NCBI GenBank assembly: GCA_965227835.1
Contig: OZ245768.1
Coordinates: 660,001 to 692,000 of the forward strand
DNA length: 32,000 nt
Direction: 5' to 3'
From: Candidatus Saccharimonadota bacterium
Lineage (GTDB): Bacteria; Patescibacteriota; Gracilibacteria; BD1-5; UBA6164
The notes under the pieces: model-generated
What the model was told of the DNA's origin: nothing
The model's input: only the letters and a program-made list of their open reading frames with translations
Databases searched by the model: none
Position numbers and translations under genes: made by a program
In this document: positions 1-9,705 of the stretch, one piece after another
How positions within the stretch are numbered: position 1 is the first letter of the stretch
Layout: each line of letters starts with the position of its first letter

Positions 1-392
1 AAGAAGCTTTAGAGCAAGATATAGAAATAATTCCTATTCCTTGAGTTACGGCTTTTTCTACAGCCTTAGTTTGAGCTGGTGTTCCTATGAATCATTTTTT
101 ATATTTATGATTTTTGCCTTTGAAAAAATGAAGAAAAACAATTTTTGAAAAACTTTCTTCTAGGAGAAAAGAAAAAAATTCAGAGACTATTGTAGTTTAT
201 GAATCTGTACATAGACTTATAAAAACTATTTTTGATATAAAAAACTATTTTTGAGAAAATCATTATATAGTTGTTGCAAGAGAACTGACTAAAAAGTTTG
301 AAGAATTTAATAGAGGTAGTGTAGAAGATATACTTGAATTTTTTTCTAAGAATCCCTGAAAGCTTAAATGAGAATTTGTGATAATTTTTTAA
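1..392 (+). CDS. rsmI: 16S rRNA 2'-O-ribose C1402 methyltransferase RsmI, C-terminal part (5' end lies outside the window)
   Basis: Frame 3. With TGA=Gly it reads ..IPIPGVTAFSTALVGAGVPMNHFLYLGFLPLKKGRKT..VVYESVHRL..VVARELTKKFEEF..GEFVIIF, ending at TAA 390-392. TGA at 42-44 sits at the conserved Gly of the IPG motif and another in YLGFLP. Confidence 0.85.
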
Positions 393-398
393 AATATT

Positions 399-1118
399 AT
401 GCAGAGTTTTTCCACTAAATATCATGATAAATTTATAAATTTTTTTAAGATTAAAAAAAATCCTTGAAAAATAGAGTTATGACTTCTAAAAAAAACTGAA
501 ATATATTTGAAATTTTTAAGATTTCTTCCATGACTTAAAATGATTTGAGTATGAAATAGTGTTTCTATGAATTGTGCTAAAGAAGAAAGTGATATAGATT
601 TATTTATTGTTACTACAAAAAACTCTATGTGGTTTAATAGAGTTTTTATAACTTTATTTTTTGAAATTCTTTGATTAAGAAAAACAAAAAAAACTCACAT
701 ATGAAAATTTTGCTTGAGTTTTTTTTCTACACTTGATTGACTTGACTTTAGCTCTTGGAAAATAAAAGATGATATATATCTTTATTTTTGGATACTTTAT
801 TTCAAACCTATACTTGATTATTGAGATACTTATAAAGTTTTTTTAGAAAAAAATTCTTCTTGGGCTGATTTTTCATCTTATAATAATTTAATAGATAGAA
901 ATAAAAAATATATTAAATATAAAAAAGAATATTTAGCTTCAAAGTCAGAGTGATTTTTTGTAAAATTTCTTGATTATTTATTAAAAAAAGTATTTTTTTC
1001 TAAAACTTTAAAATCATACGAAATATTATCTAAACCTTATTGAGTAATAATAAATGATGATTTATTGAAATTTCATGATGAAGATATAAGAAAAACTTTG
1101 AGAGATAAATTAGTTTAG
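399..1118 (+). CDS. nucleotidyltransferase-fold (Pol-beta-like) domain protein, 239 aa
   Basis: ATG 399 lies 6 nt after the rsmI stop; TAG at 1116-1118. Motif GVGNSVSMNCAKEESDIDLFIVT (G-S ... DxD). All 11 Gly are TGA by my count. Confidence 0.6.
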
Positions 1119-1271
1119 TTTAAAGTAAAGGATTCAGCCTTATGTTTACGAAAAATCAAATGTTAATTTTTTAGGTTTTCTTAAATAAGATTAGAATTTT
1201 TCTCACAATATTAAGCTAGTTTTTAAGTTATTTTACTATAAAACTTTTAAATTAAATACTTTTATCAATAT

Positions 1272-2711
1272 TTATTTCCTCACAAATCCACCATGAAATC
1301 CTGCTGTTATTCTAACTGGAAAATATGCTGAAAATTCTTCTTTAAAATTTTTAGCATTAAGCCCAAGTAAAAAGTTTTTCTCTTTTTTTTCATCAAACCC
1401 ATAACACAATAAAATTCCATCATCTTCACTTTTAGAATTTTTATTTTCTACAAAAACTGGTTCTCCAAAATAACAATGTTTTTTTGTAAAAATTAATGAT
1501 TTTTTATGTTCTATTACATCAAGTTTTACTATGTTTTTAAAAATATCATTTCCTTTTATATTTCTTTTCAAGTTCCCAATTCCATACACAAATCTATGTT
1601 TTTTATTTACATATTTCTCATTTATTCTTTGAAGCTCACAAGTATAATCTGATATTTTTTCTTCTTTAACTAATCCACTTTTTAAGTTCATAAAATATCT
1701 CATGTATTTTGGTGGATAAATTGAAACTCCTCCTTTTTTTAAATTTTCTATCATAAAATCTTTTAAAATTTGTGCATTTTCAAAAACTGGAAGTTCAAGT
1801 GTAATTGTATCATTTTCTTCATAGGCATTTGTTGTGTGAAAAAAGAAAAAAGGATTTACTTTAAATGATTTAACTTTTTCACCATTTGATTTTTTAATAA
1901 TATGAATTTTTGTTTTCATAAAATTTCCAAACCATTTTATATTTTGAAAAAATGAGAAAGGCAAAAAAACAACTGCTGCTGGAAATAATAATTTATAGGG
2001 TTGTTCAATTACAACTACATAGTTTTTTGTTTGAGAGAGTGAGTGAAAATAACTGGGACATAATCTAAAAAACCTTTTTATAACTTCTCTTTTTTCAGTT
2101 TTAATATTTTGTTTAATAACTTTATGCTGAGAAATTAAGTTCATTGAGGCAATTATGTTATACATATTTTTCCCATCAATTTGTGGATGAGCAGTTGTTA
2201 TTTGTCCAAAAATTCTGTTAAACTTATAATTCCCTAGTGTGTTTAAACATTTATCAAATTCAACATACTGAGTAGTTTCAGTGAGCGCGAGAAAGTTTTT
2301 ATTTTTATTTTGAATAATATTCACATTACAATTATCCATATCTTTTTGAGAACTTTGAGGAATTTGTGGAAGTACACTTCTTAAAATTCTAAATAACCAA
2401 AATTTAGAAAACCCACTTGGTTTTGTAGCAAACATAAATCCTTTATTTTTATTTTCTTCAATTGATTTTTTATAAGAGTGAGATCTTAAAAATTTATTTT
2501 TAAAATAGATATTATTGTTGACAAACTTTATTGAAAACAAATGTGAAAAACCATCAAACCAATGATTTAAATTATCTTCTCCAACATTAAATTTTCCAGG
2601 TCCAATTCTAAGTAATTGTCCTTTAATATCTTTTGGAATTTTTCAAAGAATTTTTAGTTTAGTCCAATCAGTTTCATTTGATACTTCATCAAAAAAGTTT
2701 TTGAAAACCAT
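1272..2711 (-). CDS. carotenoid cleavage oxygenase family protein (RPE65/CCD/lignostilbene dioxygenase-like), 479 aa
   Basis: The track ORF 1272..2540 extends upstream through one TGA (2643-2645) to ATG 2711. N-terminus: MVFKNFFDEV..LGKIPKDIKGQLLRIGPGKFNVGEDNLNHWFDGFSHLFSIKF. Internal FFFHTTNAYEE and C-terminal TAGFHGGFV are typical His-containing family motifs. Confidence 0.85.
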
Positions 2712-2721
2712 TATAAGAAAA

Positions 2722-3162
2722 TTAAAAAATAATTTTGGATTCCTTTTTTTGTAATTCTTCTTCTAATATTAAAAGCTGTTCAAAAAAGCTTTTTTTTTGT
2801 TTTTTTGAAAATTCACTGAATAATTCTTTACTTGTTTCAAGATATTTTTCTTCTACTTTTTTTATAGTTTTGGTTCATTTTTGGGTTATATAAAAATACC
2901 ATCTTCTTTTATCTTTTTTATTAATATTTCTCACTATAAATCAAGAATCTTCTAGTTTTTTTATTTTTTGTGTGAGACTTGATTTTGTCTCATCTGATAT
3001 TTTTTGTATTTCATGTATTTCAGATAGTCATTTATCTATTACTTTTAACAATCTATAAAGACTTACAGTAAGACTAAATTCTTTAAAAATCATTTTGTTT
3101 CATGTTTTTTCTAGGAGTGTTTTTACTATGAATAGTTTGTTTATAATTTTTATTTCTATCAT
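2722..3162 (-). CDS. MarR-family winged-helix transcriptional regulator, 146 aa
   Basis: ATG 3162, TAA 2722-2724, 10 nt upstream of the oxygenase start. Sequence LTVSLYRLLKVIDKGLSEIHEIQKISDETKSSLTQKIKKLEDSGFIVRNINKKDKRRWYFYITQKGTK (wHTH plus wing). 4/4 Gly are TGA. Confidence 0.75.
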
Positions 3163-3170
3163 TTCTTATT

Positions 3171-3189
3171 TAGTTAAGTAACTTAATTA
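3171..3189. promoter_or_regulatory. palindrome (core TTAAGT-A-ACTTAA, 3174-3186) 9 nt upstream of the marR start; candidate MarR operator
   Basis: Perfect 6-1-6 inverted repeat read directly. It extends to 9-1-9 with one mismatch. A second palindrome, AAAATTG-TT-CAATTTT, lies at 3222-3237. Confidence 0.3.
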
Positions 3190-3253
3190 TATATTTGGTT
3201 AATAAAAATCAAGCAAAAATTAAAATTGTTCAATTTTTAATCATAATTTTTTA

Positions 3254-3281
3254 TTGACATTATTATTATGATAATTATAAT
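3254..3281 (+). promoter_or_regulatory. sigma70-type promoter TTGACA-16 nt-TATAAT
   Basis: TTGACA 3254-3259 and TATAAT 3276-3281, followed by AAAGGAG about 8 nt before ATG 3341. Confidence 0.6.
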
Positions 3282-3340
3282 ACTAGGTGGATTTCAAATT
3301 TATTTGAAGTTTAAATATTTTTTAAAAAGGAGTAGTTATT

Positions 3341-3595
3341 ATGTTTAGTATATTTTACTTTTTTGGTATAATTCCTGAACTTTTCCCTAAGTTTTGCCGT
3401 GACTTTTTTAATGCTTATAACATTTTTTCTTCACTGTTATCGATTACAATATTCATAGTCATTTGTAGTAATCATCCTGATTTAAGTATATGGGGTAAGT
3501 TAATTTTGGGATTTTTTATCCTAATAGCAACGACTTTTATATTAGGACCAAATACACTAAAAGTAGAACTTAACAACTTAAAAAAGACCGTTTGA
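3341..3595 (+). CDS. small hydrophobic (about 2 TM) protein; 84 aa if TGA 3593-3595 stops, 108 aa (to TAG 3665-3667) if TGA=Gly as elsewhere
   Basis: Consensus promoter, Shine-Dalgarno-like AAAGGAG and a hydrophobic sequence. All 4 Gly are GGN and there is no internal TGA. The first TGA sits in the loop of the terminator hairpin. Confidence 0.45.
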   Translation: MFSIFYFFGIIPELFPKFCRDFFNAYNIFSSLLSITIFIVICSNHPDLSIWGKLILGFFILIATTFILGPNTLKVELNNLKKTV

Positions 3596-3610
3596 AAAAC
3601 GGTCTTTTTT
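3581..3610. terminator. bidirectional intrinsic terminator
   Basis: A5-GACCGTT-TGAAA-AACGGTC-T6. It lies 13 nt downstream of the pheA stop on the minus strand and at the end of ORF 3341 on the plus strand. Confidence 0.75.
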
Positions 3611-3622
3611 AAAATTTCCTCT

Positions 3623-4435
3623 CTAATACTCTCACAAAACCTTAACAAATTTTGTAAAAAACTTTAGTTCTAGCAAAGCCTTTTTTACATTTTTATCTTC
3701 AGTTTTTCATTCAAACTCAAGCCAAAAATAATAAGAAAACTTTCCTTTATAACTAGGCAAACTTTCTATTTTACTTAGATTTATGTTATTTGTAGCAAAA
3801 GCTCAAAGACATTTATACAAACTTGAAGGTATATTTTTAGCTTCAAAAATTATACTCACTTTGTTACTTAAATCCCTATATTTTAAACAAGAATTCTTTT
3901 TTACTATTATGGCAAATCTAGTTGTATTTTCTTTGTTATCATTTATATCTTCATCCAGTATATTTAGTTTGTATAAACTAGCTGCTTTCTTAGAGCATAT
4001 CGCTGCCACTCATTCTTCCTTATTTTCTCATACATATTTTGCAGCAAGAGAAGTATCTGAAAAATCTATGGGAACTATTCATTTTTCTTTTAAATATTTA
4101 TGGCATTGTTCAAGAGCTGGTGTTTGAGAATAAGCTTTTTTTACATTTTTTATTTCTTTTTCTTTTGAAGCTAAACAATGACTAATTTTTAGATAATATT
4201 CTCATATTATTTTAAAATCATATTTCAAAAAACCATATAGATTTGGGTGTATACTTCACATATAAGAATTTTCTATAGCCAAAACTCATATAGAATCATT
4301 TCAAATATTTTCCCAAACATTACTAAATTCTGGCATTCATATTATATCTTCTATTTTTGTGTTTAGTTTAGTTGATACTTTTTGAGAAGCTATATCCATA
4401 TAACTTCAAGTATTTCATTGGTAATATATTTTCAT
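3623..4435 (-). CDS. pheA: prephenate dehydratase (PDT plus ACT domains), 270 aa
   Basis: MKIYYQGNTGSY..GVLAIENSYMGSIHPNLY..TRFAIIVKK..IIFEAKNIPSSLYKCLGAFATNNINLSKIESLPS.. (TRF and ESxP motifs). ATG 4435, TAG 3623-3625. Confidence 0.85.
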
Positions 4436-4440
4436 ATTTT

Positions 4441-5259
4441 TTAGTTTTTCTTTAACAATTCCAAAATAAAAATAAAAGTTGCCCTATAAATTCTTTTTAT
4501 TCTTTTCAGTTTATTTCTTCATACAATAAGTCTATAAAACCATTCAAAACCTATATCACTCCAAAATTTTGGGGCTTTTTTTTGAAAACCTATGAAATAG
4601 TCAAAGCTACTTCACACTCAAAGACCGATTTTTATATTTTTGCATTCTTCCATAATCTCTACAATAGATTCTTCTTGTTTTTTCATTCATAGTGTTGAAA
4701 AAACTATTTTGGAGTCTGATTTTTTAATTTCTTCTATTACTTCTTCTTTTTTATCATATACAAAATAATCAAAACTAAGTGAGGGGAATTTTTTCAATAA
4801 ATTCTTTCTAAAATTTTTTTGAGACTCTATTTTAATTTCATCATTTGGAGAATGTAAATCTATTATTGAAATTTTTATATTTTTTTCTTCACAATGTAGC
4901 AATAAGTCTTTTGTCAAAAGACTTCATTGTATTCTTTCTCCATACTTTTTATACAAATATTTTTTTCTAAAAACTACATTAAAAATATAAAAGAGAAGTG
5001 ATAAGGTTTCTATAAAGTGGTTTTTTTTATTTTCAAGAATACTATATCATATGTATAATCAAATTCAGTCTGGGATTGAATATGTAGCTTTGTTTAAAAT
5101 ATCTAAAAATCCTTTATCTTCTTTTGCTTTCAAAACTATTTCAGGATTTGGTGTAAAAACTATATTTTGTTTTGTGCTTTTTTCTTCCAACTGCTTTTTT
5201 AAATCATCCAAAAGAGTTTTGTATTTTAGTTTATGTATCTTCACTCAAAAAATTTCCAT
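4441..5259 (-). CDS. WecG/TagA/CpsF-family glycosyltransferase, 272 aa
   Basis: MEIFGVKIHKL..NIVFTPNPEIV..IPDGIGL..ERIQGS..GLGVGSSFDYFIGFQKKAPKFWSDIGFEWFYRLI. Joins track ORF 4687..4917 to flanking pieces through TGA codons. Confidence 0.8.
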
Positions 5260-5262
5260 AGT

Positions 5263-6633
5263 TTATTTTTTAAAATTCTTTTTTAAAATAAAGGTCCTTT
5301 CCATTCTGCCTTCTTCATCATAACAATTATATCTAGAATAATATTTCATTTCAAAGCTTAAAAGTTCTTTTGAATTATCATATTTCAAACTTAGATCTTT
5401 TATAGGTACTTTTAAAATGTAATCATATTTTTTATCATAATCAAGATTTGAAGTTGGATCAAATTGTTCAAAATCAGAATTAGAAGTTCAATTTATCTTA
5501 GTAGGGTATTTCAATCAATTATTATGAATTTCTAATTTATTATCGTCTAGTGTTAATATATCATCATCTGACTGACTAAAAAATGGATATATTTTATCTT
5601 GTAGTTTAGCATAGTATGTTCAAGTTCAAGAAAAACCACTAAGGTTATCTATTTTTATTTCTTCATCATTAAATGATATGATTGTTCATCAGGAAAAACT
5701 ATAAATTAATTTGTTATTGCTTGTAGATAAACTATCTCAACCTTGTCTTGTATAATTATCAAAAGTAAAATCACTAGTATTTAAATTATTATCTATATTT
5801 TTCTCTCAATTTTGATCAAAAAATTCTATTTCAAATTTATCTTTACCTGAAAAACTTACTCAAGTTAGTGTAAGAATTGGAGCCTGTATTTTTTCAGAAT
5901 AAAATTTTAATATTTCTCATTTTGCTGAATTTGAGATATATAGAGCATTTTCTGAATCACTGTAATACAATCAAGTTGGTTCTAGTAATCAATCTTCTCA
6001 ATCTAATAGTTTGTAAATTTTTGAGCCTGATTCATAAAGTACTCTGTTATTTCATGTGTCTGAAATAAATTTTATAATTCAGTTGCTTCATGTTCAAGTT
6101 GGATTATTTAAATATACTTCATCTTTATTTAATCATTCATTTTCTATTTCATTATATCAAAAAAATCATCTTCATATACCATTTATTTCGTGAGATTTTT
6201 GTGTATCTAAATCAAAATCTGGAATAAAGCTTTTTATAAAAATATGATTTGTTGTCACATCTTCACTTCAGCTTAAACAATATATACCGTTTCAAGAATT
6301 ATCTTTAATAGATCAAGTGCTTCATATATAGACAAAACCTATTTCATCATAATTAGAGTCTATTTTTAAATATACACCAGTGTTTGTTCAATCTCAAACA
6401 ATTACAGGTTTGAAATTTTTGTTCACTCTAAAAAATATATCTGTTATTTTTTTTTGAAAAGATGAAAAATCTTTGTTGTTTTTTATATCTTTTTCTTGTT
6501 TTGTGAGATTTCATATTCCACCGGAAACCAAAACTCAAATAGACACCATAAGAAGTATTGAGATACTTATTCAAACTATTGTTTCCACTAGAGTAAAAGC
6601 ATTTATCCTGTTTTTTACTTTTTTATTTTCCAT
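5263..6633 (-). CDS. large type IV pilin-like / pseudopilin protein with a prepilin-type N-terminal motif, 456 aa
   Basis: N-terminus MENKKVKNRINA|FTLVETIVGISISILLMVSIGVLV (FTLVE plus hydrophobic helix). The ATG (6633-6631) overlaps the holB stop by 11 nt; TAA at 5263-5265. About 45 in-frame TGA and no TAA/TAG. Confidence 0.6.
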
Positions 6634-7330
6634 AATTTATTATTTTTACTATCCATTTATCAGCTATATTTCTAGCTAAAACATTATTTTTTTCTATGAG
6701 CTTTTTATCTTCAAATATATCCTGTATATTTTCAATAAAAATAAACTCTTTTTTTATAAAAAGTATCAAGTTTTCCAAAAAATCTATATATTCTTCTTTT
6801 TCAAGTTTGTTTTTAAAAAAATATGAAACTAGATTTCTACTATTTTTGTCTTTTAATGATTCCTGTATTAAATTATAAAAAAAATCATTTTTTATTTCTT
6901 GTCTTTGGGATGATATATTTACCACTTGGCTTCTTGATAAAATCGTATCGGCTATACCTGATTCACCTTTATTTGTGAAGAAAAATATATTGTATATTCA
7001 AGGTTCTTCAAATATTTTCAGGCAAGAATTTAAAGCTCCTATAGTTGCTCTAGAGAAATTTTCTATCAAAAATATTTGGATTTTATATCATGGTTTGGTA
7101 TTTGCTCTACTTAAAAATTCTTTTATTCCTGCTAATTTTATATTTTTTTTATCATCTTCTAGTTTAAATAAATAGCTTGGTGGAACACCAAGCTTTTTTA
7201 ATAGCTCCAAACAAATAGACTCTACTTTTTTGTTTACCAACTCTTCATTTTCTCAAACAAATAAAATTGGAGAATTTTCTACCTCCAATTTTATATTTTC
7301 TATTATTTTTTCTATTATTCTATCTCACAT
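6623..7330 (-). CDS. holB: DNA polymerase III delta'-like clamp-loader subunit, 235 aa
   Basis: ..KIQIFLIENFSRATIGALNSCLKIFEEPGIYNIFFFTNKGESGIADTILSRSQVV.. (sensor-1/SRC-like region). No Walker A motif seen. Extends track ORF 6623..6925 to ATG 7330. Confidence 0.6.
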
Positions 7331-7332
7331 TT

Positions 7333-7710
7333 TTACTCTATTTCTATATTCATTATTTCTTCTCATAAAATTTCTTCTATATTTATCTCATCATCAAAAT
7401 CTTTTGTAAGTTCTTCTATTGTTTTATCTTCGTTTTCATTACTACTTTGCTCATTTCAAGAATTATTTTCTTCACTATCTTTTACCATTTCTTTCAATAA
7501 TTCTTTTTCTTCACTTCACTGATTATCTCAATCTTCTTTCATCATTTCATCTCACTGCTGTGTATTATCATCAAGACCTACAGCTATTGTTTCTTCTAAA
7601 ACTTGCTCATTCTCTCACATCTCATTTTCAGGAGATTGTGTTTTGTTGCTATTAAAACAAGAACTCAAAAGAAAAACTGTCAAAATAGCTAAATATAATT
7701 TCATTTTCAT
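7333..7710 (-). CDS. acidic lipoprotein, 125 aa
   Basis: MKMKLYLAILTVFLLSSC (signal peptide plus lipobox L-S-S-C) followed by a Glu/Asp/Asn-rich sequence. TAA 7333-7335 lies 2 nt before the holB ATG. Confidence 0.55.
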
Positions 7711-8032
7711 TTTATATTTATTTAAAAAATATTATAATCCTCCAAATTTTTCTTCATTATAATTGAAAAATAATTTAAAACAAAAAATTTTTCTGGTGAA
7801 AATTAGCAAATAAAGATTACTTTTTAATAGATGCTAATTTCATATAGGGCTCTTATATTCCTGCTATAATTTTAATTTGGTTAATTTTTATTTTTAAAAT
7901 TAAAAAAAGACCAAAAAACTATTTTTAATCTTTTTAAATAATTATTTTATCAAGTATTAAGGAGAAGCTGAGAAATTACTTTGTTAGGATAAAAATAAAT
8001 ATTTTTTTAATTTTTCTATAAATTCAAAATCT

Positions 8033-8239
8033 CTATGCTACCATATCTTCTTCCTCTAAATCTTCTCAATCATCTCACATTATGGAAGCTTGTTCTTGTC
8101 TGTACATATTTAAATAGTCTACTATTTTTGCTTCATCAATTCCTTTCTTATATCAAATAATACCAAATATACTTATTCTAAAATTTTTTAAATAAGCTTT
8201 TGTATTTTTTTCTTTATTTACAATACTGTGTTCTTCCAT
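8033..8239 (-). CDS. hypothetical small protein, 68 aa
   Basis: ATG 8239 to TAG 8033-8035 with 3 in-frame TGA: MEEHSIVNKEKNTKAYLKNFRISIFGIIGYKKG..EDLEEEDMVA. No recognisable motif. Confidence 0.35.
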
Positions 8240-8367
8240 AAATTTATTTTTTTAATTTTCCAATATATAAGTATAATTCTAACAAAATAATATAAAAAAA
8301 TCAAAAAAATAGACTTATATTGTTAAATATAATTAAAATAAATAAAAAATAGTTTCTTTTTAGACCT

Positions 8368-9630
8368 ATGATTATAATAAATAACAAAGACCGAGCTTTA
8401 GATATACTAGAGAAAATCAATTATTTAGTATCAAAATATGAGAAAACTAAGTTTATTGATAAAAAAGAAAAAATAGAATTACTTATTAAAACCAGTAATA
8501 AGATTCTATTAAACTACTCAGAGTTAAAATTTTTAAGAGATAGTATAGGTGATTTAAATCTAGAAATAAGTTTATTATGAATAGTAGAGTGACCTGTAAT
8601 ACTTAAAAACCTAGATTTGTTATGAATCAAATATGGATTTTTAGAAGATAGGTATAAACTATTTAAATTTATGAAATCCATGTTTAGTTTTTTAAAAAAA
8701 GCTAGGAAATATATATTTATTGTAGCTAGTATAATGCTTTTATATTGCCTAGCTATGGTTTCTCTTTATTTTTATAAATCAGGTCAGGAGATATACTATA
8801 TAGAAAAAGATTTTATATTATCCTCAAGCTCTATAGAATGACCAAAACTCAATAAACTTTCTCTAGAAATAGATCATGAATTAGTTTTTCTACCCAACAA
8901 TATAGATTTTTCTTGAACAAGTAGATCTATATGAAGTGTTTCTTTTGAAAATAAATCTGGTAGAAGCATAAACCTAGTTGAAAAAACAAGACTTAAAAAT
9001 TCAAACTGATTAATATTTAGAATAATAGAAGACATAAACATTCCACCTTCTAGTATTAGTAACGGTGTTAAAACTCCTTGAATTATAAAAACAACCGTTA
9101 TAGCTGATATATTTGATCAATCTTGAAGTTTTATTTGACAAAGATGAAATATAGAAAAAAATACAAATTTAGAACTTGTAAGCAAAAACAATTTCAACCT
9201 CAATATAAAAGCTTTAGATGATTTCTATTGATGAAAAGGTAATTATGTATTTTATTTTAAAGAGAAAGATGAAGAAAATGTATTAAATATTTTTAGAGGT
9301 GATATAAAAAACAAAGCTATAGCTGAAGCATCAAAAAAACTAATGCTAGATTGAGCTAAAAAAAATAAAGAATTTTTACTCGTAAAAGATTCTAGAACAT
9401 ACAGTTTTCAAAACTACGAAGTAAATTTAGATAAAACACTTGAAAAACAGATAAAACTAAATTGAAAAATAAACCTAGATTCTTATTATATAGATATTAC
9501 AGAAGTAAAAAATTTGATGATTTGAGACACAAATTATAAAAAAGAAGAAATAAAGGTAAAAAATATAGAAATATTAAGTCAAAATCCCCTAAAAATAAGT
9601 TTGTCTTTAACAATTAAGGAAAGTCTTTAA
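8368..9630 (+). CDS. hypothetical membrane-anchored protein (420 aa; alternative in-frame start ATG 8671 gives a 319-aa signal-anchor protein)
   Basis: Continuous code-25 frame from ATG 8368 to TAA 9628-9630. The segment from 8671 reads MKSMFSFLKKARKYIFIVASIMLLYCLAMVSLYFY (a typical N-terminal anchor). Confidence 0.5.
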
Positions 9631-9705
9631 AAGCTATTTGTTTTGTCAAAATTAAAGAATTTTTCGGTTTTTCCTTAAAATATCAATAACCTCCACCAAA
9701 AAATT

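Noticed and set aside
180-425. Track ORF (81 aa, minus strand).
   Set aside because: It is antisense to the well-supported rsmI/NTase frames. The sequence is low-complexity, as expected for the opposite strand of AT-rich coding DNA.
3783-4127. Track ORFs 3783..4127 (+) and 3803..4009 (-) as independent genes.
   Set aside because: The plus-strand ORF is antisense to pheA. The minus-strand ORF is just an internal fragment of pheA bounded by TGA-Gly codons.
7790-7850. 9-bp inverted repeat AAATTAGCA..(24 nt)..TGCTAATTT upstream of the lipoprotein operon as a regulatory element or terminator.
   Set aside because: The stem is short and AT-rich, the loop is large, and there is no adjacent T-run. 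This cannot be distinguished from chance in such AT-rich DNA.
8368-8580. A separate 70-aa gene terminated by TGA at 8578-8580 (as in the track).
   Set aside because: TGA is not a stop elsewhere in the window, and the frame continues in code 25. It remains uncertain whether translation of the downstream protein really starts at 8368 or at the signal-anchor-like ATG 8671, so this is noted in the feature rather than called as a separate gene.
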